Assembly (NCBI GenBank): GCA_035708565.1
Contig: DASSSF010000058.1
Span: 2,704 to 66,703 of the forward strand
Reading direction: 5' to 3'
Source of the DNA: Candidatus Limnocylindria bacterium
GTDB lineage: Bacteria; Chloroflexota; Limnocylindria; P2-11E
Length of the DNA: 64,000 nt
Notes under the pieces: generated by a model
Database searches by the model: none
Seen by the model: only the letters and a program-made list of their open reading frames with translations
Told to the model about the DNA's origin: nothing
Position numbers and translations under genes: made by a program
Shown here: piece after piece, positions 20,201-27,812 of the stretch
Layout of the letters: every line of letters starts with the position of its first letter
Position numbering within the stretch: position 1 is the first letter of the stretch

Positions 20201-20544
20201 TGGATGCCGATGCGCAGGCCGAGCTCGATGCCGCGCTCCTTCTTCACGCGCGCCGCGTGGTCGGCGAAGACGCGCTGCATCGAGAGCGCGGTGCGCAGAG
20301 CGCGCTGCGGGTCGTCCTCGTGGGCGACCGGCGCGCCGAAGATCACGAAGATCGCGTCGCCGATGAACTTCTCGATCGTGCCGTCGTACTTCACCGCGAC
20401 CTCTGCCAGATCCTCGAAGATCCCGGAGACGAGCTGCTGCAGCTCCTCCGGGTCGAGCGACTCGGCGAGCGTCGTGAACCCGACGAAGTCGGCGAAGAGC
20501 ACCGTGACGAGCCGGCGCTCCTGCGCGTACGGGGCCTGCTCCAT
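17245..20544 (-). CDS. Class III adenylate/guanylate cyclase domain + AAA/STAND-type ATPase + TPR/helical repeats (1099 aa)
   Basis: N-terminal CHD 'LVTVLFADFVGFT...FIGDAIFVIFGAP'. Walker A 'GEPGIGKSRL'. Long helical repeat C-terminus. No HTH seen. Confidence 0.85.
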   Translation of the reverse strand: MEQAPYAQERRLVTVLFADFVGFTTLAESLDPEELQQLVSGIFEDLAEVAVKYDGTIEKFIGDAIFVIFGAPVAHEDDPQRALRTALSMQRVFADHAARVKKERGIELGLRIGIHTGLVVAGGVRVATQYGVMGDTVNIASRLQTAAGPGEIYVTQATFRLTQREFTFREVGPIEMKGKEQQVLAYALTGERSEKRPSIELNAPLVGRWMELSRLDLAYQSSRVGRTEVVLISGEPGIGKSRLVSEFIGLAAGEESAQDADRPRVMRWTFSRVNQRSYAGFIEPILIELGIDPAAPDAARECERSLTKLRFSEPERAGPVLSQFLHLPGAETAEEGSEERKREMFVVVYDVLASLARDRPLLVVLEDLHYADTASLDLLWFVAARASRVPMLYLLAQRLGPGSPEPRPTRTNFTQLVLEPLPDEEAARIVESVVQWAPAELRDRIVARAGGNPFFIEESIRSLVESGAVARDEEGEWVVRERPAALEVPATLHAVIAARIDRLTPLAKECIQLASVIGQRFGDRVLRAAGGDRIADAVDALIAADLVLEAAPGERREGRYRFKHAVTQEVAYNTLLVRRRVELHRRVAAAFEEALGDGIKEFYPALSHHYLMGEVPDKAAKYAWKAAQRAISIHAHGEALRFAETALELWEKAGETAKSVEALHLVARIRRLRGEYDAALAAYERALGLLVAQPGDHRQEIANLYAHMAELATRWGAKHPDLDGLIAEGLGLVGNERSRERVLLLAARAFLPRTLPRSTDADWEDALETARQALAIAEELGSLREVSICLDAVGFAYRELGRYREAYAANERRVPIAKSLQDNDELIDAYTMLSMSAVVLGDLPTATDHAATAREIAITTEKPRLGLAALHIEALAHLLASDFPGALEVTRRAEQLGWPANKMAAILANAMAAAAALASPEEKTLRDKLVESETFPAMLAGADFLAAYYGQRESESAYHALRSAGLRRFDRVLFGPMIVVASVRWGIDDTSFEERVAAEVERAGYARGRAYLVQAQGLRALRAGEHARAEALLLDATQAFATLRADHERACALVDHADALERLGRAAEATKERDEARAIAERLGAIALRTRIDALAVRV

Positions 20545-20679
20545 CCCGCGCCTAGTCTGAACGGCCCCGGAACGGGCCGGAACGGTATCCCGCGCTACAG
20601 AGGCTCGCTAGGTGCCGGGCGTGTGAGCGCGCAAGCCCGCCGCGGCGCGACGCGCTCCTCGAGGCACTGCTCGCGCGGC

Positions 20680-21885
20680 TCAGGTCGAGGAGGTGCGCGC
20701 TCCCGCGTGCACCGTGAGGTCCGCCGCCCACTTCGCGATGCGGTCGAGCGCGAGGCGCAGATCGTCGAGCGACGCCGCGTAGGAGAGACGCAGGTGGCCC
20801 TGGCCCATCTTCCCGAACGCGGTGCCGGCGAGCGTGGCCACGCCGGCCTCGTTGAGGATGCGCTCGGCGACCGTCGCGCTGTCGCCCGCGCCGAGGCCGC
20901 GGATGTTCGGGAAGACGTAGAACGCGCCGTGCGGCTCGCGGCAGGAGATGCCGTCGATGGCGTTGAGCCCCGCGACGACCACGTCCCGCCGCTCGCGGAA
21001 CGCGGCGACCATCTTGTCCACCTCGGGCGGACGCGACCGGAGCGCGGCGACGCCGGCGCGCTGGACGAACGTTGCGGTGCAGGAGACGGAGTTCGTCACG
21101 AGCTTGGTGACGGGCTCGACGAGCGGCCACGGGAACACGCCGTAGCCGAGCCGCCAGCCGGTCATCGCGTACGTCTTGCTGAAGCCGTCGAGGAGCACCG
21201 TGCGCTCGGCCATGCCGTCCTCGAGGAGCATCGAGCGGTGCGCGCCGTCGTACGCCGTCTCGCCGTAGATCTCGTCCGACAGCACCCACAGGTCCCGCGC
21301 GCGGGCCAGCATCGCGATCTCCCGGATCGCGCTGGGCGAGATCACGCCGCCGGTCGGGTTGTGCGGTGAGTTGAGGATGATGAGCTTCGTGCGGTCGGTC
21401 ACGAGCGACCGCAGCTCATCGAGGTCGGGCGCGAAGTCGTTCGACTCGCGGAGCGGGAGCGGAACGCCGCGCGCGCCCGAGAACGCGATCATCGACGAGT
21501 AGATCGGGAATCCGGGATCTGGGTAGATCGCCTCGTCGCCCTCCTCAAGCAGCGCGAGGAGCGCGAAGAACATGATCGGCTTCGCGCCGGGGGTCACGAC
21601 GACCTGGCCGGGATCTACGTCCACGCCGCGGGACGCGCCGAGCCACGACGCGATCGCCGCCTTCAGCTCGGGGATGCCCGCCGACGGCGTGTAGTGCGTC
21701 TCGCCGCGCCGGAGCGACGCGATCCCCTCCTCGACGATCTGCGCCGGCGTGTCGAAGTCGGGCTCGCCGATCTCGAGGTGCACGATGTGGCGGCCCTGGG
21801 CCTCGAGCGCGCGTGCCTTCGCGAGCACCTCGAACGCGGTCTCGGTGCCGAGCCTTGCGAGACGTCCCGCGAGCGGCTTCGTCAT
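20680..21885 (-). CDS. Pyridoxal-phosphate-dependent aminotransferase, class I (aspartate aminotransferase family)
   Basis: Internal ATG at 21885. 'SFSKTYAMTGWRLGY' lysine motif and 'LNSPHNPTG'. Confidence 0.9.
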   Translation of the reverse strand: MTKPLAGRLARLGTETAFEVLAKARALEAQGRHIVHLEIGEPDFDTPAQIVEEGIASLRRGETHYTPSAGIPELKAAIASWLGASRGVDVDPGQVVVTPGAKPIMFFALLALLEEGDEAIYPDPGFPIYSSMIAFSGARGVPLPLRESNDFAPDLDELRSLVTDRTKLIILNSPHNPTGGVISPSAIREIAMLARARDLWVLSDEIYGETAYDGAHRSMLLEDGMAERTVLLDGFSKTYAMTGWRLGYGVFPWPLVEPVTKLVTNSVSCTATFVQRAGVAALRSRPPEVDKMVAAFRERRDVVVAGLNAIDGISCREPHGAFYVFPNIRGLGAGDSATVAERILNEAGVATLAGTAFGKMGQGHLRLSYAASLDDLRLALDRIAKWAADLTVHAGARTSST

Positions 21886-22160
21886 CTCTGTTCCCCTTCG
21901 ATGCACGCCACGCCTTCGGGTCCGACGACCGCCGAGTGGCGCGTGCCGGGCGGCAGCACCAGGCGATCGCCGGCGCGGAGGTGCACGGTCCGTCCGTCGG
22001 CGAGGCGGAACTCGATGGACCCGCGTACGCACACGAGCGCCTTCGTGTAGGAGTGCTCGTGCTCGGCGTACACGTCGTGCGGTCCGTTCGACCATCCGTG
22101 CACGTCGTGCGCCTCGCGGCGGAGCGCCGCCTCGGCGGCCGCGACGTCCATCCGCCACAT
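21882..22160 (-). CDS. Cupin-domain small protein
   Basis: 92 aa with 'HEHSYTKALVCVRGSIEF...PPGTRHS'. It has an ATGA overlap with the aminotransferase start. Confidence 0.7.
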   Translation of the reverse strand: MWRMDVAAAEAALRREAHDVHGWSNGPHDVYAEHEHSYTKALVCVRGSIEFRLADGRTVHLRAGDRLVLPPGTRHSAVVGPEGVACIEGEQR

Positions 22161-22169
22161 ACTGGCCGA

Positions 22170-23075
22170 ATGCGCGTCGGCGCGGTGTTCCCTCAGCTGG
22201 AGATCGGCACCGATCCCGACGATCTCGTCCGGTACGCGCGGACGCTCGAGGACCTCGGCTTCGACCACCTCGTCATCTTCGACCACGTGCTCGGTGCCAC
22301 GCGCGACCGTCCGGGCGGCGACCGTTTCACCTACGACGAGCGCTCCACCTTCCACGAGCCCCTCGTGCTGTTCGGTCACCTCGCCGCCGTCACGACCCGA
22401 CTCGGCCTCGCGACCGCGGTCATCGTGCTGCCGCAGCGCCAGGCCGCGCTCGTCGCGAAGCAGGCGGCGGAGGTCGACCTCCTGTCGCGCGGCCGGCTCG
22501 TGCTCGGGGTCGGCGTCGGGTGGAACTTCGTCGAGTACGAGGCGCTCGGGATGCGCTTCACCGACCGCGGCCGCCGCATCGAGGAGCAGGTCGCGCTCAT
22601 GCGCCGCCTCTGGACGGAGCCGGTCGTCGAGATGAGCGGGCGCTGGCACCGCGTGGACCGCGCGGGCCTCGCGCCGCTTCCCGTCCAGCGCCCGATCCCG
22701 GTGTGGATGGGTGGCGGGTGGGACGCGCGCGAGAAGCGGATCGTCGAGCCCGCGGCGCGGCGCATCGCGCGCATCGCCGACGGCTGGTTCACGCACGTCC
22801 CCGCGACCGACGAGGGGCGGGCGGCCATGGAGGCGTTCCGCTCCTATCTCTTGGAAGCCGGGCGCGATCCGGACGCGTTCCCGGTCGAGGGCCGCGTCTA
22901 CGCGGCGCGCGGCGGGGTCGACGAGTGGCTCCGCTCCGCGCGCGCTCTCCGCGCGATGGGCATGACGAGCGTCGAGCTCACGACGATGGGCGCGGGCTAT
23001 CGCTCCCTGGACGAGCATCTCGCGGCGCTCGGAGCCTTCCGCTCCGGCCTGCGCGCGGAGGGGCTCGTCTCCTAG
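22170..23075 (+). CDS. LLM-class (luciferase-like) flavin/F420-dependent oxidoreductase
   Basis: ATG 22170. 'MRVGAVFPQLE...' TIM-barrel LLM pattern. Confidence 0.8.
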   Translation: MRVGAVFPQLEIGTDPDDLVRYARTLEDLGFDHLVIFDHVLGATRDRPGGDRFTYDERSTFHEPLVLFGHLAAVTTRLGLATAVIVLPQRQAALVAKQAAEVDLLSRGRLVLGVGVGWNFVEYEALGMRFTDRGRRIEEQVALMRRLWTEPVVEMSGRWHRVDRAGLAPLPVQRPIPVWMGGGWDAREKRIVEPAARRIARIADGWFTHVPATDEGRAAMEAFRSYLLEAGRDPDAFPVEGRVYAARGGVDEWLRSARALRAMGMTSVELTTMGAGYRSLDEHLAALGAFRSGLRAEGLVS

Positions 23076-25216
23076 CGCAGCGCCGTCGCGCTCACCGGAA
23101 CGCCGATCGAGGAGACCCGGACGCTCTCGCCGTCCGCGAGCGGCTGCACGAAGAGGCCCGCGGGCATCGCGACGTACGCGGCGCGGCCGTCGGGCGTCCA
23201 GCCGGCGAACCGTCCCGGCCAGCGCCCCGCGACCCTGGACGCGTTCAGGTCGCGCGCCTCCGCCGTGGCGTTCGAGACCGTGTACCCGAGGAGGCCGCTC
23301 GCCGGCGACCACGAGATGTCGGCCACGCTCGAGCCCGGCAGGTACGTCATGACCGCGCCGTCGGCGACGCGGACGACCGCGATCGCGACGCGGCTCGCGC
23401 CGCTCCGCGGCGAGACGTTGAGCCGGAACGAGGCGAACGCGCCGTCCGGTGGCGCCGTGAGCTGGCCCACGATCACGGACTGCGGATCCGTCGGGAACTC
23501 GCCCGCGGGGTCGCGCAGCACGCGGTCGAGCTCGACCACGGTGCGCGTGGTCGTCGGCGTGATGAGCTCGATCGCGCGGTCCGTCAGCAGGACGACGCCC
23601 GCGCGGGTCCACACCGCGTCGCGCGCGGGCACGGCCGGCCGGACGGCGCCGCCGTCGAGGCGGAGGAAGCGCGCCTCCAGCTCCGCGGACGTGCTGAAGC
23701 CGTCGATGCCGCGGCGGTCGACGATGACGACGAAAGCGTCGCCCTCTGGGGACCACGACGGGACGCCGATGGCCGCGCGGGCCTGGACGTGCCGCGTCAC
23801 GTTCCCATTTCGGTCGATCGTGACCGCGACGGGCGTGGAGGCGCCGATCCCCGGAAGCGCCTGCCCCGCGAGCTCGACGGTGAGCAGGCGCGAGCCGTCC
23901 GGCGACCACTGCGGGAGCGGGATGGTGCGCCGCCCGGTCTGCGGGCTCTTCGCGCGGAGGAACGACGCGACGCCGTCCGCGGTCATCGACCAGAGGTGGC
24001 CGCCGAGCGGCAGGGCGTACGTCGCCTGCGGGACCGCCGCGGGCGCGCGCGCCGCGGCGACCGGTGTGACGGCGCGCGGGTACCAGGCGTCGCCGCCGCC
24101 GACCTGGTCGAGCACGACGGTCGGCTTCGTCCAGCCGCTGCCCTGCGCGGGCTCTCGCGCGACGTCGAAGCGGATCATGCGCGACGAGCTGAAGCCGATC
24201 GCGCTGCGGCCGTCGAGCGAGAGCACCGCCCGCTCGACCGCCCCCGCGTCGATCGGGGGCACGGCGACGCTCTCCGAAATGAGCACCTGCGTCGAGCTCG
24301 CGCCGCGATGGCCGAGGTAGCGCCCGGGGCCGTAGCGCGCGTCGAGGCGTACGTCGTCGACGGCGGTCCGCGTCTCCTGGCGGAGGTCGGCGCCGTCCGC
24401 GGCCACGCTCCAGACGGTCGCGCCCGACGCGGTCAGGTACGGGAGCGTGCTGTCCCGGGGCGACGGCGTGACCGAGCCCGCGAGGAAGTGGATCCGGCCG
24501 TCGTCCGCGAGGATCGGCGATGTCGCCGACATCCCGACGAGCGGCCGGAGCGCGTTCTCGGCGCCGTCCACGCGCAGGACCGCGACGACGCCTCCGCCCG
24601 TGTTGACGAGGACCCGCGCGTCGTCGAGCCAGTCTGTCGCGAAGACGTCCTCGATGGTCGTGAGCCTGCGCATCTCGCGGTCGTCGGCCCGCGCCACGAA
24701 CACGTCGCTGCGCAGGTCCGCCCGTACCACGGTCGCGACGACGCTCGACCCGTCGGTGGACCAGCGGTGGTCGACGATCCGCACGTACCCCGCGGCGCGC
24801 GCGTCCGCCGGGATGCGGATCGCCGTGATCCCTCCGTCCACGTCCACGCGGACGAGCTCGGCTCCGCCGTCGACGTACACGACCGCGTCCCCCGTCGGCG
24901 TCCAGCGCGTGAGCGACGCGCGCCGGACCGACGCGAGACGCGTGACGGAGCGGCGCAGGGAGCCGTCGAGGTTGGCGACGAAGAGCTCCGCGCTCGCACC
25001 CGCCGGGTCGGTCCGCCAGTACGCGAGCCGGCCGCTGCGCGAGAGCTCGGGGCCGCTGCGCGGCGCCGGGGTCGCGCTTGGAGCGGCCTCGCGCGCCTCC
25101 CGCGCGGCACGCAGGTCGCGCACGTCGACCACGGCGAACGACAGCGCCACGGCGCTCGACGCCACCACGATGAGCGACGCGATCGCGTAGGGGAGCAGCG
25201 CCCGCGCCCGCTGCAT
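23072..25216 (-). CDS. Membrane-anchored TolB-like beta-propeller repeat protein (714 aa)
   Basis: Internal ATG at 25216. N-terminal TM 'LLPYAIASLIVVASSAVALSFAVV', then repeated 'W(S/T)PDG' style propeller blades. Confidence 0.75.
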   Translation of the reverse strand: MQRARALLPYAIASLIVVASSAVALSFAVVDVRDLRAAREAREAAPSATPAPRSGPELSRSGRLAYWRTDPAGASAELFVANLDGSLRRSVTRLASVRRASLTRWTPTGDAVVYVDGGAELVRVDVDGGITAIRIPADARAAGYVRIVDHRWSTDGSSVVATVVRADLRSDVFVARADDREMRRLTTIEDVFATDWLDDARVLVNTGGGVVAVLRVDGAENALRPLVGMSATSPILADDGRIHFLAGSVTPSPRDSTLPYLTASGATVWSVAADGADLRQETRTAVDDVRLDARYGPGRYLGHRGASSTQVLISESVAVPPIDAGAVERAVLSLDGRSAIGFSSSRMIRFDVAREPAQGSGWTKPTVVLDQVGGGDAWYPRAVTPVAAARAPAAVPQATYALPLGGHLWSMTADGVASFLRAKSPQTGRRTIPLPQWSPDGSRLLTVELAGQALPGIGASTPVAVTIDRNGNVTRHVQARAAIGVPSWSPEGDAFVVIVDRRGIDGFSTSAELEARFLRLDGGAVRPAVPARDAVWTRAGVVLLTDRAIELITPTTTRTVVELDRVLRDPAGEFPTDPQSVIVGQLTAPPDGAFASFRLNVSPRSGASRVAIAVVRVADGAVMTYLPGSSVADISWSPASGLLGYTVSNATAEARDLNASRVAGRWPGRFAGWTPDGRAAYVAMPAGLFVQPLADGESVRVSSIGVPVSATALR

Positions 25217-25238
25217 CGCGTCATCATCGCATCGCCAC

Positions 25239-26048
25239 GTGGACGCTCCGCTCGTCCGGGCCTTCCTCGACGCGCTCGCGCCGGCCGCTCCCGATCCGGA
25301 GCGGGTGCGGCGCTGCCTCGCCGCGCTCCAGCGGCCCGACATCCGATACCTCGTCGCCACCGTCGCCGGCCCCGGCGCCGGACGGGTCGCGCGCGTGATC
25401 CGCGGGGTCGTCGAGGCGGCCGGCGCCCCGACAGGCACCGTCGACGGGAGCGCGCGCCTCGGCGGCGCTCCGCTGGACGATCCGCTCGTCGCGAGCGCCG
25501 GCACGCTCCTCGCGGACGCGGCGCTCCTGCTCTCGCAGGAGGGGACCGAGCTCGTGCGCCGCGAGGCCGACGTGCTGCTCGCCCTCGTGGCGTTCGCGCA
25601 GGCGTCGCGCCGCGTCGCGCTCCTCGTGGATGAGGACGTGCGGACAGACGACCCGCTCCACGTGCCCGTTCCGGATCTCGTCGTCCTCTGCGGGCTCGAC
25701 GGCGAGCGGGCCGACCGCGCCCTGTCGCTCCTTCCAGACGCGCGGCCGGTCGTGGCCTGCGGCGCGGACGACCCCGCGCGCGAGCGGATCCTCGCGGTGA
25801 CCGGCGAACGGGGCCTGCCGCTCCTCCTCGCGGGACGCGACTTCGCCGCGACGGGCGACGGACCCGCGCTCGACGTGGAGGTCGCGGGCGAGCGCTACGC
25901 CGCGCTGCCGCGCGCTCCCGAGGTCACGCCCGACGAGCTCGCGACCGGCATCGCCGGCGCGCTCGCGCTCGGCGCGCTCGGCATTCGCATGCGCGAGGAG
26001 TGGGTGCACACGGGTGCGGCCGCCGCCCGTGCCACCATGGATGCGTGA
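25239..26048 (+). CDS. Hypothetical Ala-rich protein
   Basis: 269 aa in a GC3-rich frame, divergent 22 nt from 23072..25216. I recognised no motif. Confidence 0.5.
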   Translation: MDAPLVRAFLDALAPAAPDPERVRRCLAALQRPDIRYLVATVAGPGAGRVARVIRGVVEAAGAPTGTVDGSARLGGAPLDDPLVASAGTLLADAALLLSQEGTELVRREADVLLALVAFAQASRRVALLVDEDVRTDDPLHVPVPDLVVLCGLDGERADRALSLLPDARPVVACGADDPARERILAVTGERGLPLLLAGRDFAATGDGPALDVEVAGERYAALPRAPEVTPDELATGIAGALALGALGIRMREEWVHTGAAAARATMDA

Positions 26049-26377
26049 GCTCTCCGCTCGAAGCCGCGCATACGTTCATGGCCGCGCTCGAGGCGAAGGA
26101 CGCCGAGCGCGCGGCGTCCGTGTGCGCCGAGGACGTGACGATCGTGCTCCCGGGCGGCGAGACCGAGATCGAGGGACGCGAAGGGGCGAAGCGCCTCATC
26201 CGCATGGCGCCGCCGTTCGTGCGCATCGTCCGCGACGAGCGCGTCGAGGGGAACACCGTCATCCTCCAGGGGCTCACGCGGGCGCCGGGCCACTTCGCGA
26301 ACTACACGACGTGGACCTTCGAGACGGACGGCTCGCTCATCACGCACCTCTCCTTCGCCTGGAAGCCGGCGAACTAG
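26045..26377 (+). CDS. SnoaL-like / NTF2-fold small protein
   Basis: GTG start overlapping the upstream stop (GTGA). 'HTFMAALEAKDAERAASVCAEDVTIVLPGGE...' is typical of SnoaL-like domains. Confidence 0.6.
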   Translation: MSSPLEAAHTFMAALEAKDAERAASVCAEDVTIVLPGGETEIEGREGAKRLIRMAPPFVRIVRDERVEGNTVILQGLTRAPGHFANYTTWTFETDGSLITHLSFAWKPAN

Positions 26378-26413
26378 TCATCGCAGGGGGCTCCGCCGGG
26401 GCCTCCGCCCCCG

Positions 26414-26701
26414 CTACCCGACGTACCTGAAGGAGCGCGGGGTCTTCGCGAGGCCGTACGTCGCGACCGGCCGCGGCCTCGCGTAGCGCTTGACGGCGCT
26501 CACCGGCATGCGCGCCCCCGCCGCGTCGCGTCCCGCGACCTCTCCGAGCACGACCTCGCCGACGATCCCCTCGCGGGGCACGGCGAGGTAGGCCCGCGCC
26601 GGGAGGCGCGCCGGCGGGCGCGTCCGCGTCTCGACGCGGCGCTCGCCGGAGAGGAGGGCATCCGCGTTCTCACGCGTGACCGCGAGGACGATCCGCCGCA
26701 C
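26414..26701 (-). CDS. ASCH (PUA-like) domain small protein
   Basis: 'RIVLAVTRENADALLSGERRVETRTRPP' matches the ASCH N-terminal beta-strand pattern. GTG start. GC3-rich. 3' end of ORF 26414..27673. Confidence 0.55.
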   Translation of the reverse strand: MRRIVLAVTRENADALLSGERRVETRTRPPARLPARAYLAVPREGIVGEVVLGEVAGRDAAGARMPVSAVKRYARPRPVATYGLAKTPRSFRYVG

Positions 26702-26727
26702 GAAGAGTGGTACGGCTCCGCCTTGCG

Positions 26728-27315
26728 CTACGTGTCGTCGAGCCTCGCCACGCTCCGGTACTCGGGCCACTGCCGGCGCAGCCGCTCCGCGAACGCCGCG
26801 AGGTCCCCGTCGCTGAGACCGGCGAGCGTCCGCTCGTTGTCCGCGAGGAACTCGGGCTCCGTCCCGTAGCGCGCCGCGTCGTCGGGCCCGACGGCGCACG
26901 GCGCGGGCTCGACGGTCCATCCGGGCGCCGCGCGCGAGAACGCCCAGGCCGCGCGCGACATGTGGAACGGCGAGGTGACGAGCAGGAGCGGTCGCGGCGT
27001 CGCCCCGGCGAGGTAGCGCAGCGCGACGAGCACCGCGTTCCCGAGCGTGTCGAGAGACTCGTCCTCGAGCAGGATCCTCCGCCGGTCGACGCCCCGTTCG
27101 CGGAGGAGCGCGGCGATCTGCTCGGCCTCGCTCTCGCCGCCGCCGCCCACGCGCCCGCCGGACGCGACGATCGCCGCCCGCGGCCGCTCGCGGGCGAGCG
27201 CGGCCGCATGCTCGGCGCGGCGCGCCGTCGACGGATGCGTGGAGCGGTCGGGCAGGCGGCCGCCGCCGAGCACCACGATGACCTCCGGCGCGCCGCCGAG
27301 CGCGTCTTGCGTCAC
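26728..27315 (-). CDS. DUF218 / YdcF-ElyC-SanA family protein
   Basis: 195 aa with 'VIVVLGGG' and 'DTLGNAVL' motifs. Confidence 0.75.
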   Translation of the reverse strand: MTQDALGGAPEVIVVLGGGRLPDRSTHPSTARRAEHAAALARERPRAAIVASGGRVGGGGESEAEQIAALLRERGVDRRRILLEDESLDTLGNAVLVALRYLAGATPRPLLLVTSPFHMSRAAWAFSRAAPGWTVEPAPCAVGPDDAARYGTEPEFLADNERTLAGLSDGDLAAFAERLRRQWPEYRSVARLDDT

Positions 27316-27350
27316 GGCGCGAAGATACGCGCGCGCGAAGGAGGTCCTTC

Positions 27351-27755
27351 ATGTTCGAGGGCATCAGCTGGCTCGGCGTGGTCGCGGCGGTCGTCGCGTC
27401 GTTCGTGCTCGGATGGATCTGGTACACGTACCTCTTCCGCGACGCGTGGATGCGCGGCATCGGCCTGGATCCGACGAGGACGCCGCCGGGCGATCCGGGG
27501 CTCGCGCTCCTCATCCAGCTCGTCGCGACGATCGTGACGGCGGTCGTGCTCGCGATCGTCATCGAGCGGTTCGGGAGCGGCCCGCTGAACGGGCTCGTCG
27601 TCGGGCTCCTCGTCTCCGCCGGCTTCGTCGCGACGGCGAAGCTCGCGGATCTCGTGTTCTCGCGCCGGCTCACGACCGGCGTCTACTACATCGAGACGGC
27701 GAACCAGCTCGCGTCGTACGCGCTCATGGGGCTCGTCTACGGCCTCTTCGCCTAG
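27351..27755 (+). CDS. DUF1761-family membrane protein
   Basis: 134 aa with 4 TM. A strong 'gaaggagg' SD lies 7 nt upstream. Confidence 0.7.
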   Translation: MFEGISWLGVVAAVVASFVLGWIWYTYLFRDAWMRGIGLDPTRTPPGDPGLALLIQLVATIVTAVVLAIVIERFGSGPLNGLVVGLLVSAGFVATAKLADLVFSRRLTTGVYYIETANQLASYALMGLVYGLFA

Positions 27756-27760
27756 GTAAG

Positions 27761-27790
27761 GGGAAGGGGCGCCCTCGCGGGCGCCCCTTC
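27761..27790. terminator. GC-rich hairpin (13-bp stem ggaaggggcgccc/gggcgccccttcc, 4-nt loop) between convergent genes. Likely a bidirectional terminator.
   Basis: Perfect inverted repeat read directly from the sequence. It has no T-tract, which is common in high-GC genomes. Confidence 0.5.
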
Positions 27791-27812
27791 CGTGACGTTC
27801 GCGGTCCGTCCG

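Noticed and set aside
17245-20544. Interpreting the cyclase-containing genes plus cNMP-binding proteins as a Pycsar/CBASS-like antiphage system
   Set aside because: The cyclases are large multi-domain regulatory proteins, one of them receiver-fused. They are not minimal standalone cyclases with an adjacent effector. The cNMP-binding proteins are a transporter, a Crp regulator and a protease in separate operons. The architecture fits signalling rather than a defence operon.
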